From NCBI RefSeq assembly GCF_009914755.1, contig NC_060935.1: a stretch of 64,000 nucleotides of DNA; one strand, written 5' to 3'. This DNA comes from the human T2T-CHM13v2.0 reference genome, Homo sapiens. Numbering within the stretch: the stretch's first letter is position 1; every line of letters starts with the position of its first letter. Positions 53,083-64,000 of the stretch are shown here, one piece after another. The translations under genes were made by a program, and so were the position numbers. Below the pieces are notes generated by a model. The model saw nothing but the letters and a program-made list of their open reading frames with translations, searched no databases and was not told where the DNA came from.

Positions 53083-54583
53083 TCAGAGAAATGAGACGCA
53101 GAGGAATAGTGGACCCATGGACTCTAGGGTACTGACCTAGAGGGATGCAAGTGTGGAGGAAAGAGCTCAGGTTAGAGACAAGACATGTGAGTTTGAGTCC
53201 CAACTGTGGATATGTAAACTGAGGCGAGCCATTTGACTTTGCTCAGCATCAGTTTCCTGATCTTTAATTGTTTGATTTTGCAGCTCTTGAAAAGCCTGTG
53301 TTTTAGCTGCGTGTTTACATGGCTATCTTCTCTCCTAGTGACTTAATCTATTGCTACATTTCCCCATTCCCTTGTGTGGTTGATTTTCAGACAGGTGTTG
53401 AGACATTGCTTTGTGAGGCTCCCTGTAGCATAGAGTTGGTTGGGGCTCCCTCTAGTGGACTTGTTTGACCTTCTCCTGAGTTTCCTACATTTTTGCTTTT
53501 AAATTATTTACTGGGCAACAGTGGGGGTGACTCCCTTTGGGGATACTTCTTAGCGTCCTGTTTGAGCCAGGAGTGGCTGGAAGAATTAACATTGGGGAGA
53601 GAGTATGATGGGTGGCCCTCCCTTGTCAGGCAGCCCTCACTTTCCCTCCAGCTCTGTGCTATCCTGGAGGCTTGCCATTTATCTGCCACTTGGATCTCTG
53701 GGCACCATACTGGTTAGAGTGAAAATAGCAAAAACTTCAGGACTTTTCTCCTTTTGGATTAGGGGACCTGCAGACCCTTTCTTTTCTTTAGGTTTCTTTT
53801 TTTTTTTCCCGTGTCTCTCTCTGTCACCTAGGCTGGAGTGCGGTGGCATGATCACGGCTCACTACAGCCTCAGTCTCCCTGGGCTCTGGTGATCTTCCCA
53901 CCTCAACTTCCTGAGTAGCTGGGACTACAGGCGCATGCCACCACACCTGGCCAATTTTTGTATTTTTTGTAGAGATGGGGTTTTACCATGTTGTCCAGCA
54001 TGGTCTCAAACTCCTGGCCTCAAGCGATCCACCTGCCTTGGCCTCCCAAGGTTCTTGGATTACAGGCGTGAGCCACTGCACCAGCCTATCTTTTTTTTTT
54101 TTTTTCTTCAGACAGAGTCTCGCTCTTGTTGCCCAGGCTGGAGTACAGTGACGTGATCTCGGCTCACTGCAACCTCCACCTCCCAGGTTCAAGCAATTCT
54201 CTGCCTCAGCCTCCCAAGTAGCTGGGAATACAGGTGCCCACCACCACGCCTGGCTAATTTTTGTATTTTTAGTAGAGATGGGGGTTCACCATCTTGGCCA
54301 GGCTGGTCTTGAACTCCTGACCTCGTGATCCACCCGCCTTAGCCTCCCAAAGTGCTGGGATTACAGGCGCGAGCCACTGTGCCCGGCCTTCTTTAGGTAC
54401 TTCTCTTCATCTCTGTCACCCTCAATATTTTTGGTCCATTGCCTATTGTCAGGAGCAGATCTGTAGAAATAGCCACAAGAGGCTGGGCGCGGTGACTCAC
54501 GTCTGTAATCCCAGCACTTTGGGAGGCTGAGGCAGGCAGATCATGAGGTCAGGAGTTCGAGACCAGCCTGGCCAACATTATTA

Positions 54584-54842
<259 letters not shown>

Positions 54843-55031
54843 TCATGCTTGTCACCTTGGTGGCTGCACGGCACTTACATGAACTTCCGGGCATTTTACA
54901 GAGCAAAGAGAAGAGCCAGTCTTGACTTCCCAAGTGCTTCCAGCTCCTGTAACTCAGAGTCAACTAATCTTGTGGACATCTCCCAAATCTGGAGGATATT
55001 TTTCTTCTAATCTTTTATTTATTTATTTTTG

Positions 55032-56715
<1,684 letters not shown>

Positions 56716-57080
56716 TTCTTCTAATCTTGAGCATGTTTTTCATTTATTCTCCCTCCACCACCTCCTTCTCCTGTGCTGTAATGCAGTGGGGGTACCTGTC
56801 CCTGTCCTCCTCATCTAGAAGCCTGTTTGGGAGGTTTTTCTTTCTTTCTTTTTTTTCTTTTTGAGACAGAGTCTCGCTCTGTGGCCCAGGCTGGAGTGCA
56901 GTGGCGCGATCTCGGCTTACTGCAGCCTCAATCTCCTTGGCTCAGGTGATCCTCCCACCTCAGCATGGTGGGACTACAGACGCACACACTGCTCCCAGCT
57001 GGGAGTACAGTAGCTGGGACTACAGACGCACACACTGCTCCCAGCTAATTTTTTGTTTGTTTGTTGTTGTTGTTGTTTGA

Positions 57081-57299
<219 letters not shown>

Positions 57300-57613
57300 T
57301 GATCTGCTTGCCTCGGCCTCCCAAAGTGTTGGGATTATAGGCGTGAGCCACTGCGCCCGGCCTATTTGTTTTTTTGAGACAGTCTCACTCTTTTGCCCTG
57401 GAGTGCAGTGGTGCGATCTCAGCTCACCGCAACCTCCGCTTCCCGGGTTCAAGAGATTCTTGTGCCTTAGTCTCCAGAGTAGCTAGGATTACAGACATGT
57501 GCCACGACATTCAGCTAATTTTTGTGTTTTTGGTAGAGATGGGGTTTCACCATGCTGCCCAGGCTGGTCTCGAACTCCCAACCTCAGGTGATCTGCTCGC
57601 TTTGGTCTCCAAG

Positions 57614-58144
57614 TGTCAGGGGTGTGTGAACCAGAGTAACTCCACCTTGAAGAGGAGCTGGGTAAAATGAGGCTGAGAACTACTGGGCTGTGTTCCCAGA
57701 AGGTTAAGGCATTCTAAGTCACAGGATGAGATAGGAGGTTGGCACAAGATACAGATCATAAAGACCTTGCTGATAAAACAGGTTGCAGTAGAGGAGCTGG
57801 CCAAAACCCACCAAAACCAAGATGGCGACGAGAGTGACCTCTGGTCGTCCTCGCTGCTGCACTCCCACCAGCGTCATCACAGTTTACAAATGCCATGGCA
57901 ACATCAGGAAGTTACCCTGTATGGTGTAAAAAGGGGAGGCATGAATAATCCACCCCTTGTTTAGCATATCATCAACAAATAACCATAAACATGGTTATGT
58001 CTATGGAGTCACCATCCTTTTATTCCAACACTTTCCTAATAAACTTGTTTTCACTTTACTCTATGGAGTTGCCCTGAATTCTTTCTTGTGCGAGATCCAA
58101 GAACCCTCTCTTGGGATCTGGATCAGGACCCCTTTCCTGTAACA
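57614..58144 (+). mobile_element. MER41A-like ERV1 solo LTR inserted in an antisense Alu
   Basis: tgtcaggggtgtgtgaaccagag...caagatggcgacg...cctttcctgtaaca; the host Alu resumes aaagtgctgggatt at 58145. Confidence 0.85.
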
Positions 58145-58363
58145 AAAGTGCTGGGATTGCAGGCATGAGCCACTGCGCCCAGCAAATTTTTGTATTTTTT
58201 ATAGAGACAGGGTTTTGCTATGTTGCCCATCCTGGTCTCGAACTCCTGGGCTCAAGCAATCCATCTGCCTCAGCCTCCCGAAGTGCTGGGACTACAGGCA
58301 GGAGCTACCTTGCTTGGTCTGGGAACTTTTTTCCCATGGAATGATTACTGTCCCCATTATACT

Positions 58364-59240
<877 letters not shown>

Positions 59241-59253
59241 TCCTGATGCATAG

Positions 59254-59723
<470 letters not shown>

Positions 59724-62660
59724 TGATGCAGGATGAACCAACTCTAGCATAATCCAGAATGGGAATGACATTGTGATCAACAGTCCAACCCCCTCTCTTG
59801 TACATTTTCTAAAGCAAGCGAAATAAAAATTGTGGCAGGGCACGGTGGCTCACGCCTATAGTCCTAGCACTTTGGGAGGCCGAGGTGGGTGGATTGCCTG
59901 AGCTCAGGAGTTTGAGATCAGCCTGAGCAACACGGTGAAACCCTGTCTCTATTAAAATACAAAAAATTAGCTGGGCATGGTCTCAGCTACTCGGGAGGCT
60001 GAGGCAGGAGAATGGCTTGAACCCGAAGGTGGAGGTTGCAGTGAGCCAAGATTGCACCACTGTACTCCAGCCTGGGTGACAGAGCGAGACTCTGTTTCAA
60101 AGAAAAAAAAAAGGTAAAAAAAAGGGTAATCTTCCTTTTCTTATTAACTTTATTTATTTATTTGTTTATTTATGTTTTTGAGACAGAGTCTCACTCTTGT
60201 CGCTCAGCCTAGAGTGCAGTGGCACAATCTGGGCTCACTGCAACTTCTGGCTCCTGGGTTCAAGCGATTCTCCTGCCTCAGCCTCCTGAGTAGCTGGGAT
60301 TACAGGCGTGCGCCACCACACCCAGCTATTTTTTTTGTATTTTTAGTAGAGATGGGGTCTCACCATGTTGGCCAAGGATGGTCTCGATCTCCTGACCTCG
60401 TGTCCCACCTGCCTCGGCCTCCCAAAGTGCTGGGATTACAGGCGTGAGCCACCACGCCCGGCCTCATTTTTTTATTTTTAGTAAAGACAAGATTTCACCA
60501 TGTTGGCCAAGCTGGTCTCCAACTCCTGACCTGAGGTGATCCGCCTCCCTCGGCCTCACAAAGTGCTGGGATTACAGGTGTGAGCCACTGTGCTGGGCCG
60601 AATGGATTGGATTTTAAAGCATACTTCAGGCAGATGGAATAAGGGAATAGTCTGAGTAACGGTGATGAGAAAAGAAAGAATTGGCCAGGTGCGGTGGCTC
60701 ACACCCATGATCTCAGCACTTTGGGAGGCTGAGGAGGGCAGATCCCCTCAGGTCAGGAGTTGAAGACCAGCTTGGCCAACATGGTGAAATCTCATCTTTA
60801 CTAAAAATACAAAAATTAGTCAGGTGTGGTGGCGGGCACTTGTAATCCCAGCTACTCGGGGGGCAGAAGTTGCAGTGAGCCAAGATTGTGCCACTGCACT
60901 CCAGCCTGGGTGACAGACTCTGTCTCAAAATAAAATAAAATAAATAAATAAATAAAAAAGAAATAATTGTATTTGATGACTTGGTGAGTCAGCTAGCATA
61001 AGACATGTGTACCAGGGAGTAGTATAAAACTACAAGGTTGTTTAGCTTGGAGTTAGAGCAACTTGTCAATTTTATTCCCGAGGCAATGGGAGGTGTTTAA
61101 AGTTTTTTTGCGATGCTGTCTGAACTATACTTTAGGAAGCCTATGGTGGCAGGATGAATTGAAGGCACAGGAAAAGGTTTCAATATTCAATAGTCCAGGG
61201 AAAAGAAACGGAGGACCTGCAACTAGGTGTTGGCACTAAGGGATGGAGCTTTGCCTAGATTTTCCCTTTGTAGATTCTTCTCTTCCTGGATGGAAAATGA
61301 TAAAAGGAAATTCTTCTGATAGTAAATTATAATGTTGACTCCAAAATCAATTCTAGATAAAGGCGATTAAATTGCAAACCCAGGATGCCTGTCTGAATGG
61401 TCCCTGCATTCAAAGATATTTTCCCCTTTACAGGAGCACCGGATAAATTTAACTCCCTAATCTGTCAAGGGCTTTGTGGAAGAGCCTGGAGGGGGATCGA
61501 AGGCGGAACTGATACTGACACACCTGGGTCTGCAAACTCCCAAAACTGAGGCTCAGAATTAGTAAATTAGGGCAGGGCACTTCCCTCTTTGGAAGGGAAG
61601 TTCCTATTTTCAAAGTTCTTCCAACGGAACTTTTACATTAGAGAAGTGTAATTGACTGAGAAGTGGAAGTGACCAGGAACAGCATTTCTGTTCCCTGGGC
61701 GGGAGAGAGAACCCCCTCGGGCGGAGCCAGCAGCAGGTCAGCTTCTGAGGGGGCCCTCATGCTGGCGGCGCCGACCTGTGGTGCAATGCTCTGAGTAGGA
61801 GAATCTTAAATACATGTTTGAGATTCAATTCCCAGAAACGTAACTAGTCTTCACAAGCCAAAAAAATAAAAATAAAAAATAAAAAAAGGAAGTGATTTCT
61901 TTTCAAGAGGTCAAAGGGCCTGGAAGAAGAGGTCCTGGCTTGAGTGTCTCAAGGCTTTCTGGGGCCTAATCCGGCTGGAATGGGCCGCAGCATTCATATT
62001 CCTGTCCTTGGTCGTGTCTTAATGAAGAATTGAAAATAATAAGGGGTGGAGAAATAACTTTCCTTTTTCTCCCACCATCCTCCCACAGTGTAAATAAACA
62101 AATAACTCTAAGCTCGATTTCCTCATTTGTCAGGGGTGGGGAAAGACTTGACATCAGGACTCTTCCATTCCATCGCCACCTGTCTTAATTTAAACATTCC
62201 CATGACCCACCCCAGAAGCGCCAACCTCCCGCCCACAAGGAGCATGGAAGTCTTGGTTTCTGGCTACTGCGCAGACTCCACCTTGGACCTACTCCCCAAC
62301 CCCCCGCCGCTCCTTTCCCCGTTTCTCCAGCAGAGGGCGCAGGCCCAAAGGTTCCGCCGACCCCGCCCCAGCCTGGCCCCGCCCCGCCCCGGCGTAGGGG
62401 CGGGGAAGACGGGCACAGAAACCTGGCCGCGGCTTTCCGGGAGCTGTGGGCACGCGAGCTGCTCGAAGCCGGTGGCCCGGGGATCGTCGCTGCCCAGTCC
62501 GGCCGCGGCCGGCCGCTTCCCCGAGCTTACCAGTAAGCCGGTCCGCCTCCGGGACGCGCCCCGCCCGCCCCGGGCTCGCGCGCTCTGAAGGGGCGCGTCC
62601 CGCGCACTCCCGGCGCCGCCCACTCCCCTCCCCACGGCCGCTCCTCCCTCCGCCCGGATA

Positions 62661-63336
<676 letters not shown>

Positions 63337-64000
63337 TAGGTCACGGAATTGGCCTGGGAGGTTAGCAGGGAGGGGGTGAGGAAGAGTGATGTACCGGCTG
63401 GGGCTCTTGGCTGGGTGAGATCTGACTAGGGAATTAGGTTCATGGGCTCTGACTGAGGAACCTGGCTGGGGTCAGGACAGCTCTCAGGGAAGCTGTGCTC
63501 TGGGTGAGAGTATAGTCCTTTCTCATTAAGATGTAACACGAAGATAAAAGACATATTGATGTTTAAGTGAGGCAAGGAAAGAACTTTCCTCCCCATCTAG
63601 CGCCGGCTCAAGTTTTTTGTTACCCTCAGAAACACTGGATGTGATCCATTGCTGGTGCTGAGATATGCACTGATTAAACCACAAGTTCTGGTTAGAACTA
63701 TTATCTTCTGAAAGATGGACTGGCTGAGCCTGTTAAGCAGCAGCAGATTCTGACTTCTTAATAACTTCCTCCCTACTACATCGCTTGAGCTGGGTTCTTT
63801 TTTTCTGGTAACGGTTCTGACTCCTTATTACAGGTCCTGACTTTAAACTTGTTCGTTGAGCTTCTTTGATTACGCTTTTTTGTTTGTTTGCTTTTTGCAA
63901 GTGCGAACAAAAATAACTCCTTTATATTTAGCCACTAAGTTTGTCATTTGGGAGAATTTTACTTCCTTATAGTTGTGTCTATATGATGAAATGTAGTCAG

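Overview
This is mammalian genomic DNA, Alu-rich and recognisable as human chromosome 11q23.3; it is not prokaryotic. I assembled the spliced genes by hand from GT-AG boundaries, and exon phases and lengths sum correctly. In order: ABCG4 (+, 14 coding exons, 646 aa ABC half-transporter), NLRX1 (+, 9 coding exons, 975 aa mitochondrial NLR), PDZD3/NHERF4 (+, 11 coding exons, 505 aa, four PDZ domains), CCDC153/DRC12 (-, 6 coding exons, 210 aa coiled coil, tail-to-tail with PDZD3), and the CpG-island promoter plus exon 1 of CBL with its (CGG)11 repeat (FRA11B locus). The rest is mostly Alu, MIR/L2, MER5A and LTRs (THE1, MER4-like, MER41A-like, MER66-like). Almost all ORFs in the supplied track are Alu or GC-shadow artefacts. 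I see no evidence of a wholly new gene system. The best new observations are: (1) a duplicated NLRX1 exon-6 donor (+17 nt) and a nearby cryptic 22/25-nt micro-exon, each frameshifting alone but restoring the frame together; (2) an FMR1-like layout at CBL (ACG, then (GGC)11, then an open overlapping frame) that could yield a polyglycine product; (3) a Y4 RNA retrocopy split by an LTR that is itself split by three Alus. Gene and repeat-family names come from recall, not database searches, and repeat boundaries are approximate.
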